A program made the position numbers and the translations under genes. A stretch of 60,685 nucleotides of DNA, filler included, from a candidate division WOR-3 bacterium (GTDB lineage: Bacteria > SDB-A), in the NCBI GenBank assembly GCA_016934535.1. It is 4 parts of 4 records of this genome, joined end to end, with 100 filler letters (N's around TTAATTAATTAA, not from the genome) between each part and the next. Parts side by side here need not be neighbours in the genome. Positions count along the whole stretch, not along the records: positions 1 to 21,811 come from JAFGSQ010000046.1; 3 more parts are not named here. One strand, given 5' to 3'. Below the pieces are notes generated by a model, which ran no database searches, had not been told where the DNA came from, and saw only the letters and a list, made by a program, of their open reading frames with translations. Numbering within the stretch: position 1 is the first letter of the stretch; each line of letters starts with the position of its first letter. Below, in pieces: positions 9,095-18,169 of this stretch.

Positions 9095-9952
9095 ATGCGC
9101 AAACCGAGATTAACGTATCAGGGAGCTCTTCACTACGTCATTTCTAAGAGTATAGAAAACAAAAGAATATTTCCCGACGATTTTTGTGTTTTGAAATTTC
9201 TTAACATTCTGGAACAAAGAGCTTCGACGCTGAAAATTGACGTTTTCGCTTTTTACGTCAGCGACGTCAGTTTTCACTTACTTCTGAGGAACACATCAGG
9301 AAAATTGTCGGATTTCATGAGACAGCTTAACAGCCTTTATGCATCGTACTTCAGAAAAAAGACAAAGTCCAGAGGTTATCTTTTTCAGGACAGATTCGAA
9401 TCATTTCTCATTCAGGACAGAAAATATTTAAAAAAGACATTGGCTTTTTTTCTGAACATCCCGGTCAAAGAAAAAAAAACTGTGGACGCATTTTCATACA
9501 GGTGGTCGAGCGTAAATTTCTATTTCAACAAGAAACAGGGATTCTTGGACACAGGTTTTATAGAAAATTTATTTGAGACTGCAGAAGATTTCAGGATTTT
9601 CGTCAGGAAGAATATCGACGAAAAGCTACAACGGTTTTTTTTACATCAAGGTAAAATTATAGGAGACGGAAATTTTAATTTTCGGGATGGATTCTTTAAA
9701 AAAGATGAAAGCGCTGTTTTTCGAGGAAAGGATGAAATAATAAGTGAAACTGAAAGGAAATACGGCGTCAACCTGAGCCATGTTGATTTTAAAAGCAGGA
9801 AAATGAAAAGGATAAGATCTGAATTGCTGCTGTTGCTCAAAGACGAATGCGGCATGAGATACAGCGAGATAAACGAAATGCAGTTTTTCAAAAATCTCAA
9901 ATTGAATTCGATGGGACAACTTTACAAACGGGCAAAGGACAGACAGAGTTGA
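9095..9952 (+). mobile_element. RAYT / IS200-like Y1 (HUH) transposase homolog with C-terminal HTH; catalytic residues degenerate
   Basis: MRKPRL..GA..V, LSDFMRQLNSLYASYF, GYLFQDRF and YRWSS are RAYT motifs. The HUH site reads VSFHLLL and the catalytic Tyr motif reads FFLNIPV. Confidence 0.85.
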
Positions 9953-10947
9953 GAATACTCGTAATAAATCTCGCCGCAATAGGCGATGTGGTCCTGTCAA
10001 GCGTCGTGGCAAAAGAACTGAAAAAGAAATTTCCTGGATCCACAGTGGATTATTTAGTCCAGCCGCTGTGCGCGACGGTTATTGAATTGTCGCCATTTGT
10101 AAATGGAGTTCATGTCTACGACAAAAAAAACAGGGACAAAGGAATTTTAAGATATTGTAAACTTGTAAAATCATTGAGAAAAATAAATTATGATATGAGC
10201 GTGTCCGTGAATTTTGCCGCGAGAGGGGCCATTCTGGCGTTTTTTATTCACGCAAAGCTCAGACTCGGATACTGCCGAAAAGTCAACGGCCTGTTTTTCA
10301 CTCACAGAGCATCAGGAGACAGAAAAGAAATTAAAAAAGAAGGCCTCAACCAGCTCGAAATCCTCAAACCTCTGGGCATTATCACTAAAAACACCTATCC
10401 CTACCTCAGGGCGAAAGAAAGCGATTTAAAAACAATAAGAAAATTACTAGGGGAAAAAGAAAATAGAAAAAGGCTCGTGTTTTGTCCGGCCAGTTCGAAA
10501 AATTTCAAAAATCTTCCGATTGAGCTGAGCGCTGAAGTGATTGAAAAGCTTTCTTCCGAATTTGATATCTTCGCCGTCGGAAGTGAAGCCGAAATATGCT
10601 ATCTTGAGAATTTAACTTCATCTGTAAAAGGGAAGGTCATGATATTTCCGGGAACTCTGACACTCGGCGAACTCGCGGCGCTTATTTCTTTTTCCGACGT
10701 CCTTTTGAGCATTGACACTGGACCTCTTCACATGGCGCAGGCTCTGAATGTGCCAACAACGGCGTTATTCGGCCCCACTGATCCCAGGGTCTGGGGTCCT
10801 CACGGAGAAAGAAACGAAGTAATCACTGCGGAGCTTGAATGTTCTCCGTGCAGTTTTAACAGGGAGTGTTCGGAAAACAAGTGCATGAGATATCTTGACG
10901 TCATGAAAATCTGCAGGAGCGTATTAAAAATGGCTGAAAAATCATGA
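9949..10947 (+). CDS. Glycosyltransferase family 9 (LPS heptosyltransferase-like)
   Basis: MRILVINLAAIGDVVL, DTGPLHMAQAL, LFGPT and C-terminal CSPC..C..C. TTG start at 9949 overlaps the upstream TGA; AAAGGA RBS. Confidence 0.9.
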   Translation: MRILVINLAAIGDVVLSSVVAKELKKKFPGSTVDYLVQPLCATVIELSPFVNGVHVYDKKNRDKGILRYCKLVKSLRKINYDMSVSVNFAARGAILAFFIHAKLRLGYCRKVNGLFFTHRASGDRKEIKKEGLNQLEILKPLGIITKNTYPYLRAKESDLKTIRKLLGEKENRKRLVFCPASSKNFKNLPIELSAEVIEKLSSEFDIFAVGSEAEICYLENLTSSVKGKVMIFPGTLTLGELAALISFSDVLLSIDTGPLHMAQALNVPTTALFGPTDPRVWGPHGERNEVITAELECSPCSFNRECSENKCMRYLDVMKICRSVLKMAEKS

Positions 10948-11019
10948 ATTATTTTAACTGCAAATTCTTAAAAGTTTTGAAGATTGACATTTTGCGATAT
11001 AATATGCGGTATGGTGACA

Positions 11020-11478
11020 ATGAAAGAACTTTTTGAGTTTTTGGATGAAAAAAAAGCGGTGTATAAAAAGGTTTCTCACGCATCGACTGCTAATTCTGAA
11101 GAGTCAGCGACGGCGAGAGGAGAGGACATCTCAATAGGCGGGAAAGCTATTGTCATGAAAATTGAAAATGAATTTTACGTTTTTATTTTGAGCGCAGCGA
11201 AAAAAATTGATTCTTCTTCCCTGAGACACCGTTTTAAAGCCAAAAGAATAAGATTCGCGACCAGAGAAGAGCTTTTAGAAATTACTGGATTGGAGCCGAA
11301 CTGCGTTCCGCCTTTCGGCAGACCTCTTATAGATCTCGATCTTTTCGTTGACGAATCGGTGTTTAAGAACAAAAAAATTGCTTTTAACGCCGCTTCCCGA
11401 ACGGATTCCGTTATAATGGACATAGAGCAGTACAAGACACTTATCGAACCGGAAGTTTTTTCTTTTTCAAAAGATTAA
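11020..11478 (+). CDS. YbaK/ProX family aminoacyl-tRNA deacylase
   Basis: H..T..SEESA..RG, GGKAIVMK, RFATREEL, VPPFG and FNAAS.T.S. Confidence 0.85.
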   Translation: MKELFEFLDEKKAVYKKVSHASTANSEESATARGEDISIGGKAIVMKIENEFYVFILSAAKKIDSSSLRHRFKAKRIRFATREELLEITGLEPNCVPPFGRPLIDLDLFVDESVFKNKKIAFNAASRTDSVIMDIEQYKTLIEPEVFSFSKD

Positions 11479-11503
11479 GATTTCTATTTATTGAAAAGGA
11501 GGA

Positions 11504-11785
11504 ATGTTGGCAAAAATTTATCAGGTTAAATATGAAAGCCAGGCCGACCACAGGGCGTTAAAAGTCGATTACGAATCACAAGCCGACATCTTGGTATATT
11601 TGAGCGATACGGAAAGCGTCGCAGAAGGTGATTTTCTTTGGTTTTACGTCGATGACGAAAGTCTGGCGACGAGCAAACTTATGTGGACTGAAAGTGAGAG
11701 TGTCGCTGATATCAAAATTATGTTCGTTCCATACGAAAGCCAGGCCGGTTGGGTCACGGATCATCCATTGAAAGGCAAACTTTAG
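11504..11785 (+). CDS. DUF6150-like small protein with internal YESQAD repeats
   Basis: AAAGGAGG RBS. Repeated (Y/T)ES(Q/V)A(D/E/G) units and a C-terminal 'AGW...HPL'. Confidence 0.7.
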   Translation: MLAKIYQVKYESQADHRALKVDYESQADILVYLSDTESVAEGDFLWFYVDDESLATSKLMWTESESVADIKIMFVPYESQAGWVTDHPLKGKL

Positions 11786-11798
11786 AAAATAAATCCGT

Positions 11799-12740
11799 TC
11801 AGTGCCTTTCTGTTCTTTTTACAAGAAAGTATGTCAACACGGCCAGGACAGCCATAATTATAAGAAAAACAGGATAGGAAATATACCATTTATCTCTGCC
11901 GATAAGCTCTGTAAGCTCTGACATTCCGCCGACTCCGGCGAAAAAACTGGGAATCATAATCGCGAGAACGACTGCATTGAGATTTTTCATGAGAACATTC
12001 AAGTTGTTTGAGACGATTGAAGCGTTGGCTCCAAGAAGCCCGGTGAGGATGTTTGAGTAAATTTCAGTCTGTTTCAGGCACTGATTGTTTTCAATAATGA
12101 GGTCGTCGAGATATTCGAGATTTTCTTCGGAAAAAGACATTTTTTTCGAATATATACGCAATTTGTCGAGAACCGTCGAATTGGAATTGATCGCGTTGAG
12201 ATAATAAACGAGGCCTTTTTCAAGGGTGAAAAGATTTATGAGGTATTTGTTTTCCATTGATCTGTTAACCTTGTTTTCGAGCTCATTGGTAATCATGTTT
12301 ATTATTCTGAGATGCTCAAGAAAATGAGTTATGCAGATTTCGAATATTTTAAGTACAGCGTCCTGAACTGAGTGAATGTTCTTGAATTGTTTGGATTCGA
12401 GAAAAGCCATATCATCAGCCGAAACTATAATCAGAAAATCTTTAAAAATGAAAATACCCGCTGAAGTGACTTTGAAAAAATAATTGTCATCACTTGAATA
12501 ATTTTTAGGTCTTTTATAGATTATTGCGCAGTGATCTTCTTCAATTTCAAGACGCGCAAGTTCGTCCGGGTCCATTATGGAGAAAAGAGTGTGTTCGTCG
12601 AGTTTATATTTTTCTATTAGCTCGTGTTTCTCGGCTTCCGTTGGACAAGTGTAAAGACAAATCTGAGGAAGCAGGGCGCTTTGTGGATTTTGAATGTATT
12701 TAACAATTTTTCCTTCTGAGAATGAATAATTATGCACCAT
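11799..12740 (-). CDS. corA: CorA family divalent cation transporter (GMS variant)
   Basis: DPDELARLE, SIVSNNLNVLMKNL and two C-terminal TM helices flanking GGMSE. Confidence 0.85.
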   Translation of the reverse strand: MVHNYSFSEGKIVKYIQNPQSALLPQICLYTCPTEAEKHELIEKYKLDEHTLFSIMDPDELARLEIEEDHCAIIYKRPKNYSSDDNYFFKVTSAGIFIFKDFLIIVSADDMAFLESKQFKNIHSVQDAVLKIFEICITHFLEHLRIINMITNELENKVNRSMENKYLINLFTLEKGLVYYLNAINSNSTVLDKLRIYSKKMSFSEENLEYLDDLIIENNQCLKQTEIYSNILTGLLGANASIVSNNLNVLMKNLNAVVLAIMIPSFFAGVGGMSELTELIGRDKWYISYPVFLIIMAVLAVLTYFLVKRTERH

Positions 12741-12827
12741 GCCGACCTCCGGATTGATTGTTTTCGGGCGGATTATAACCGCAGGATTATATCATTTTAC
12801 CGATTTTTTAAGATAACGAAATATACT

Positions 12828-12879
12828 TGACAAAAAATTGTCAGGTGTTAAACATACTGAATTATTCTCATAATTATGA
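12828..12879. promoter_or_regulatory. Two palindromic operator candidates in the divergent corA / Mpv17-like intergenic region
   Basis: TGACAA-AAAA-TTGTCA (12828-12843, overlapping TTGACA) and the perfect palindrome TCATAATTATGA (12868-12879). Confidence 0.4.
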
Positions 12880-12895
12880 AAACGGGAGGAATAAA

Positions 12896-13555
12896 ATGGA
12901 TTTTGCAGGGTCTGTCTTCTGGTGTCTGCTTCTTTTGGCCGTTTTGGCTGTTTTGGCAGTGCCTGCGACGAGAACTGAATTCGTCAATCTTACACAAACC
13001 TATCCATATCCAATGGGAATGCTGAAATTCGCAATTCTGGGGACTATGGGCGAATTGGTTGGCTGGAAAATAGTCGCCGGAAAATGGAGAATTAGGAACA
13101 TAAGAATCTGGCAGAGAATTCTGGTTTGGGCGTTTTTGGGTTTTGTATTCGCGGCTGTTTTTCCTCTGTTTTCATACGGCGTAGACGGCTTGATCGGAAT
13201 CGGACTTCTCGCAGGAAAAAACTCTGTTTTGGCTCAGGCGTTTTGGAAATCGTTTTTCATGCAGGCGATATTTGCTTTTCCATTTATGATTTTTCACCGT
13301 ATAACAGATACTTTAATAGACAGCGGTGAACTATTCAGGAAATGGAAATTGATAGAAGTCTACAAAAACATAGATTGGGACAACATGTTCAGAATTGTCG
13401 GCGCAGCAATAATCTGGTTTTGGCTGCCGGTTCACACTGTAAATTTTCTCCTGCCCCCGGAATACAGGCTGATAACGGCGGCTTTACTTGCAATAGTATT
13501 GGGGATGATACTCGGAATAGCCAAGAGAATTTCAATTAAAAAATTTAACAAATAA
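12896..13555 (+). CDS. Mpv17/PMP22-like integral membrane protein
   Basis: GGGAGG RBS before ATG 12896. Multiple TM helices. C-terminal 'WFWLPVHTVNFLLPPEYR' motif. Confidence 0.7.
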   Translation: MDFAGSVFWCLLLLAVLAVLAVPATRTEFVNLTQTYPYPMGMLKFAILGTMGELVGWKIVAGKWRIRNIRIWQRILVWAFLGFVFAAVFPLFSYGVDGLIGIGLLAGKNSVLAQAFWKSFFMQAIFAFPFMIFHRITDTLIDSGELFRKWKLIEVYKNIDWDNMFRIVGAAIIWFWLPVHTVNFLLPPEYRLITAALLAIVLGMILGIAKRISIKKFNK

Positions 13556-13566
13556 AAGAAGGATCA

Positions 13567-13935
13567 GTGGCGGGTATAATTTTTTTTAACACCGAGAATA
13601 TGGATAAAACGAGAAATTTCTACATTGAAATCATGGGAATGAAAGTCTGGCTTGAGCAGAAAGACTGTATAATTTTGAGACACGACAACATGCTTATCGG
13701 GTTCTGTAAGGGTACAAGACCTTTCAGAGAATCTTTGATAACATTTTTTTATACCGAAAAAAAAGAAATAGACGAAATTTATGAAAAACTCAAAAACAGT
13801 GCCATCAGTGGACTAGTTTTCAATAAAGATTACAATATATACCATTTTTACGCGAAAGATCCTGAAGAAAGAGACATAGAGATTCAGTATTTCTGCCACT
13901 TTATTGACACTGAGTTTTTCAAATCTCAGTTCTGA
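13567..13935 (+). CDS. VOC/glyoxalase family protein
   Basis: 'TRNFYIEIMGM' and 'YHFYAKDPEERDIEIQ' are VOC-fold motifs. Confidence 0.8.
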   Translation: MAGIIFFNTENMDKTRNFYIEIMGMKVWLEQKDCIILRHDNMLIGFCKGTRPFRESLITFFYTEKKEIDEIYEKLKNSAISGLVFNKDYNIYHFYAKDPEERDIEIQYFCHFIDTEFFKSQF

Positions 13936-16900
13936 TCGGATTTTTTTTCGAAAACGAGTCTTATGGCTTTGAGAAGCTGTTCTCTTTTATATGGTTTTTG
14001 AACGAGAGAGAGTCCTTCGTGGAGAACAAAATCGGTGTGAATGGCATTAGGTGTGTAACCGCTCGAGAAAATTGTTTTTATATGCGGATGGTTGTCCCTG
14101 ATAAAGTTGTAAACTTCTTTTCCGCCCATATTGGGCATCACTACATCGAGAAGAGCAAGGTCGATTCTCGGCCAGTTTTCCTTTATGTTAGAAATCGCCT
14201 GGGCGCCGTCTTCGACCGCGTAAACCGTGTATCCTGCAGATTCGAGCATTCTTTTCAGCATTATTCTGAGAGTTTCGTCGTCTTCGGCTATGAGTATTCT
14301 TTCGTTTCCTCCTCCTATCGGGCCGTCGAGAATTCGCTCCACTTCCGAAGCTTTTTGTTCCACTATGGGAAAATACATTTTAAAATTTGTCCCTTTTCCT
14401 AATTCACTGTAAAGATTTATCATCGCGTTGTGCTGTTTTATAATTCCGTAAACAGTTGAAAGGCCCAGGCCTGTTCCTTTTCCGGGCTCCTTTGTCGTGA
14501 AAAAAGGATCGAAAGCGTGTCTTGATGTTTCCTCGTTCATTCCGATTCCCGAATCGGAAACGCTCAGAAGAACATATTTGCCCTGACAAGCCCACGGGTG
14601 AGTTCTGCAGTAATCGTCGTCAAAATACACATTTTCTGTTTCAATCAGAATTTCTCCACCGGAAGGCATCGCGTCTCTCGAATTTATGCAGAGATTCAGA
14701 AGGACCTGGTCTATCTGGACAGGGTCCGCCCAAATTGATCCGAGTTTATGACCGGGAATGAATTCGAGCCTGTTGTTCTCTCCTATGATTCTTCTTATCA
14801 TGATCAAGAGGTCTCTTATCTTTTCGTTCAAATCGAGTGAAACAGGTTTTAGGACCTGTCTTCTGCCGAAAGCGAGAAGACGGGATGTGAGTTCGATGGC
14901 TTTGGCAGAAGCGTTTTGAATTTCTATAAGTTCTTTGGAGCAGTCGCGTGACTTCGCCTGCATTTCTGAAGCGAATTCGGCGTAACCGAGTATCGCCTGA
15001 AGAATGTTGTTGAAATCATGAGCCACTCCGCCTGCTAACTTACCTACTGCTTCAATCTTCTGTGCTTGCAACAGCTGTTCTTCCAGGCGTTTTTGTTCGT
15101 TGATATCGATTGAAATCCCAACCATATGATTCGGGTTGTCTCTTGGAATTTTTCCGCAGTTTAAAACCCACTTCCAGTTTCCAGACGCACATTTCAGCCT
15201 GAAATCAGAACGAAAATATTTTTCAGGGTTTGATCTTTGTTTTTCCAGCAGGTCGATGACTCTTTCTTTGTCTTCAGGGTGAATTATGCCGAGAAGAAAC
15301 TTTATGTCGGTTTTAACTGAATTTTTTTCGTACCCCAGCATTTGAGCCCATCTTTCAGTCACTTCGAGTCTTCCGGTTTGAAATGACCAGTCCCAGAGTC
15401 CAATTTCTGCGGCGTCGACGGCGAGGCTCATTTTTTCCTCGCTTACGTGAAGTTCTTCAAGAGTTTGTTTCTGAACGAGAAAAGAAGATATTCTTGATGC
15501 TATGTCCTTGAGCATGGCTTTTTCCTCTTCGAGAAAAGGGTCTTGGTTGTCAAGACCAATACTTTCATCATAGAAAACACTCACTGTTCCGGCCGTGGTT
15601 TCTTTTATTTTTATCTCGGCAGAATACGAATGAACGAAATCGTTAAAAGGTTTTGAAGAGTAGCTTTTTCCGGAAAGTTTGATCTGCGAGAATGCGTGTT
15701 CAGGAAATGAAAGGGCGACAGGGATTTCTTGTGCGATCCGCGAAAACACATCGTCGGATTCCTCGAACTCCTCTTCGAGAAGGATCTCGGCTGTTCTGAA
15801 AAGACAGTTTAACTCTTTTATTCTCGATTTGAGATTTGACGTAGCCCTGACTCTGTCTGAAATATCCCTGTAGATGCCGTAAACCGCTTCCTGCCTTCCT
15901 TCAAAGACTATTGGTGCGCCTACGATAGAGACATTGAAAAGAGAGCCGTCTTTTTTTCTTCTGACGGTCTCAATGGAGACACCGGCTCCACTCTCTATTT
16001 TTTTTGTTATTGAAAAGGCTTCGGATCTGAGGTCTGGAGGCGCTATAAAATCATCCACGCATTTTCCGAGGATCTCTCCTCTTTCGTATCCGAAAAGCCT
16101 CGTGAATTCTTCGTTGATATTCAATACCTGCCCATCGTTGCTTGTCATGATTATGGCTTCGGGAGCGTTTTCAATCAGATTGGAATGAAATGCTTTTTCT
16201 CGCATAAGAGATAACTCTGTTTTTTTCAGCAGAGTTATGTCGGGAAAGACCGTCATCACTGCGAGTAATTTGCTTTCGTTGTCGAATAAACCCGAAGAGT
16301 TCACCGAAACCCAGGATTCCCTGTCGTTGTTTTTGATTACCATAAGCTGATTTTCTACGGAAACTCCTTCCTTAATCGCCCGGTAATGAGGGTGATTGCT
16401 TACGCAGGATAATGAGCCGTCCGGAAAGTACATCGGCCATAAATTTATAAGATCACTGGTTTTCACTTTTTTTATATCGGAAATCTTCTCCGAAGAAAAG
16501 GCTTCGGCGTATCTGTTGACCCGTGATTTTTTGAAGCCGGGAGCGAATGAAACAATAACGGGAAGAGGTATCCTGTCTATGATCATTCCGAAAAAGTCTT
16601 TCCTTCCGGCAGAGCCGCCGGGTCTGGCGCACGAAGACTCTGTCGCGACTGACACAGAACGCGCTATGTTTTCCAGATAAAACGGGTCTTTCTCAAGGCA
16701 GAGAAAACAGCCCTCGGAGATGTAGTTTTTTACATTAGTTCTGTTTTTTTTGCCTATCAAAAACACAACAGGAGCTTTGCCGGATACAAGTGAAGCGCTG
16801 CTTATATTTTCCAGCCCATTTAGAACACCGGACTCGATGTCGACAAGGGATGCGGAATATATCTTGGGATCGTTTTTTTTAAGAAATCTCGGAATGCTTA

Positions 16901-17018
16901 CGGAAAGAACCGAATGGATCGACTGCTCTGCGAGAATTTTGGAAAGTTTTTTGAAAAAAACCGCATCTTTTGTGCAGATTAAAACTTTTTTTACGTATTT
17001 TTTTTTTGATCCGGTCAT
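13926..17018 (-). CDS. Hybrid multi-PAS sensor histidine kinase (degenerate REC - PAS - PAS - GAF-like - PAS - HisKA - HATPase - REC)
   Basis: GGVAHDFNNIL H-box, NLCINSRDAM, DSGIGM, FDPFFTTK and GTGLGLS. C-terminal receiver AEDD...LLDVVMP...KP. Confidence 0.95.
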   Translation of the reverse strand: MTGSKKKYVKKVLICTKDAVFFKKLSKILAEQSIHSVLSVSIPRFLKKNDPKIYSASLVDIESGVLNGLENISSASLVSGKAPVVFLIGKKNRTNVKNYISEGCFLCLEKDPFYLENIARSVSVATESSCARPGGSAGRKDFFGMIIDRIPLPVIVSFAPGFKKSRVNRYAEAFSSEKISDIKKVKTSDLINLWPMYFPDGSLSCVSNHPHYRAIKEGVSVENQLMVIKNNDRESWVSVNSSGLFDNESKLLAVMTVFPDITLLKKTELSLMREKAFHSNLIENAPEAIIMTSNDGQVLNINEEFTRLFGYERGEILGKCVDDFIAPPDLRSEAFSITKKIESGAGVSIETVRRKKDGSLFNVSIVGAPIVFEGRQEAVYGIYRDISDRVRATSNLKSRIKELNCLFRTAEILLEEEFEESDDVFSRIAQEIPVALSFPEHAFSQIKLSGKSYSSKPFNDFVHSYSAEIKIKETTAGTVSVFYDESIGLDNQDPFLEEEKAMLKDIASRISSFLVQKQTLEELHVSEEKMSLAVDAAEIGLWDWSFQTGRLEVTERWAQMLGYEKNSVKTDIKFLLGIIHPEDKERVIDLLEKQRSNPEKYFRSDFRLKCASGNWKWVLNCGKIPRDNPNHMVGISIDINEQKRLEEQLLQAQKIEAVGKLAGGVAHDFNNILQAILGYAEFASEMQAKSRDCSKELIEIQNASAKAIELTSRLLAFGRRQVLKPVSLDLNEKIRDLLIMIRRIIGENNRLEFIPGHKLGSIWADPVQIDQVLLNLCINSRDAMPSGGEILIETENVYFDDDYCRTHPWACQGKYVLLSVSDSGIGMNEETSRHAFDPFFTTKEPGKGTGLGLSTVYGIIKQHNAMINLYSELGKGTNFKMYFPIVEQKASEVERILDGPIGGGNERILIAEDDETLRIMLKRMLESAGYTVYAVEDGAQAISNIKENWPRIDLALLDVVMPNMGGKEVYNFIRDNHPHIKTIFSSGYTPNAIHTDFVLHEGLSLVQKPYKREQLLKAIRLVFEKKSDQN

Positions 17019-17133
17019 AAACAGTTAGAATGATATTTTATGTCCATCTTCATGTCAAAGGATATAAAGCAGAAAAAACTTGAATTTATATTCATTTTGA
17101 AGTATGAAAAATCAAAATTCGAAAGGAAGTGAA

Positions 17134-18162
17134 ATGGAAAAAAAGGAATATTTAAAAGAGATGATATGCCACATAGACATAAAGTCTTTTGACTCAAAGG
17201 ATTTAATTGATCAGTTTGGAAACATGGCGTTTCAGGCTCGCAACCTTTCGAGAGCTTCTGTGATTTTCGACACCATGGTGAAGGATACTGACTGCGCTAT
17301 AATATTGTGCCTGGCCGGTTCGATTTTCAGCGCCGGTTTGAAAAAAATCGTACTGGATCTCATGGATTGCAACATGGTTGACGCTATAGTTTCAACCGGA
17401 GCCATAATCGTAGATCAGGATTTTTTCGAAGCGCTGGGTTTCAAGCATTACAAAGGCATCCCGAGCGCAGATGACGACGATCTCATGAATAACGCGATAG
17501 ACAGAATATATGACACTTTTATAGACGAGGACGAACTTAGAATATGCGACGACACGGTCCGGCTGATAGCTGACGAAGCCGAGCCGAAGCCATATTCTTC
17601 GAGAGAGTTCATAATGCTCATGGGCAGGTATTTAAAGGAAAAGAATCTGGGAAAAGAATCCGTTGTCGGAAAAGCCTTCGAAAAAGGAATACCCGTCTTC
17701 GTTCCGGCTTTTTCCGACTGCTCGGCCGGTTTCGGACTCGTCCAACATCAGAGTAAAAGAGGCGGCTCGCCAAAAGTCACGATAGATTCAGTCAGGGATT
17801 TTCTTGAATTGACTAAGATTAAAATATGGTCCGGGGAGACGGGACTCTTTATGGTTGGCGGAGGCGTGCCGAAAAATTTCGCTCAGGACATAACCGTATC
17901 CGCTGAGATATTGGGCGAACAGGTCAACATGCACAAATACGCGGTTCAGATAACAGTTGCCGACGAAAGAGACGGCGGGCTCTCAGGTTCAACTTTAAAA
18001 GAAGCTCATTCATGGGGTAAAGTAGACCAGGGAGCTGAACAGATGGTGTTTTCGGAAGCCACAATAGCTTTGCCTCTCATTGCGAGCTATGTGTATCACC
18101 GTAAAAACTGGCAGGCAAGGAAACCGAAAAATTTTAACAAGGTTTTGGATGAAAATGAATAA
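17134..18162 (+). CDS. Deoxyhypusine synthase-like protein (probable homospermidine synthesis)
   Basis: AFQARNL, IVSTGA, IDRIYDT, GGGVPKNFAQD and DERDGGLSGSTLKEAHSWGK, which includes the catalytic Lys. Confidence 0.92.
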   Translation: MEKKEYLKEMICHIDIKSFDSKDLIDQFGNMAFQARNLSRASVIFDTMVKDTDCAIILCLAGSIFSAGLKKIVLDLMDCNMVDAIVSTGAIIVDQDFFEALGFKHYKGIPSADDDDLMNNAIDRIYDTFIDEDELRICDDTVRLIADEAEPKPYSSREFIMLMGRYLKEKNLGKESVVGKAFEKGIPVFVPAFSDCSAGFGLVQHQSKRGGSPKVTIDSVRDFLELTKIKIWSGETGLFMVGGGVPKNFAQDITVSAEILGEQVNMHKYAVQITVADERDGGLSGSTLKEAHSWGKVDQGAEQMVFSEATIALPLIASYVYHRKNWQARKPKNFNKVLDENE

Positions 18163-18169
18163 AGAAGCG

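Noticed and set aside
9847-9948. N-terminal extension of GT9 in the ORF track
   Set aside because: It overlaps the upstream CDS. The family N-terminus and SD support TTG 9949.
9095-9952. Active IS200/IS605 element with tnpB
   Set aside because: No tnpB, no clear element ends, and the catalytic HUH/Tyr residues are missing.
11504-11785. Short DNA direct repeats considered as a CRISPR array
   Set aside because: They are in-frame coding repeats and degenerate, and no cas genes are present.
12827-12895. Track start (TTG 12827) for the Mpv17-like gene
   Set aside because: This TTG is part of a TTGACA/operator sequence. A strong GGGAGG RBS supports ATG 12896.
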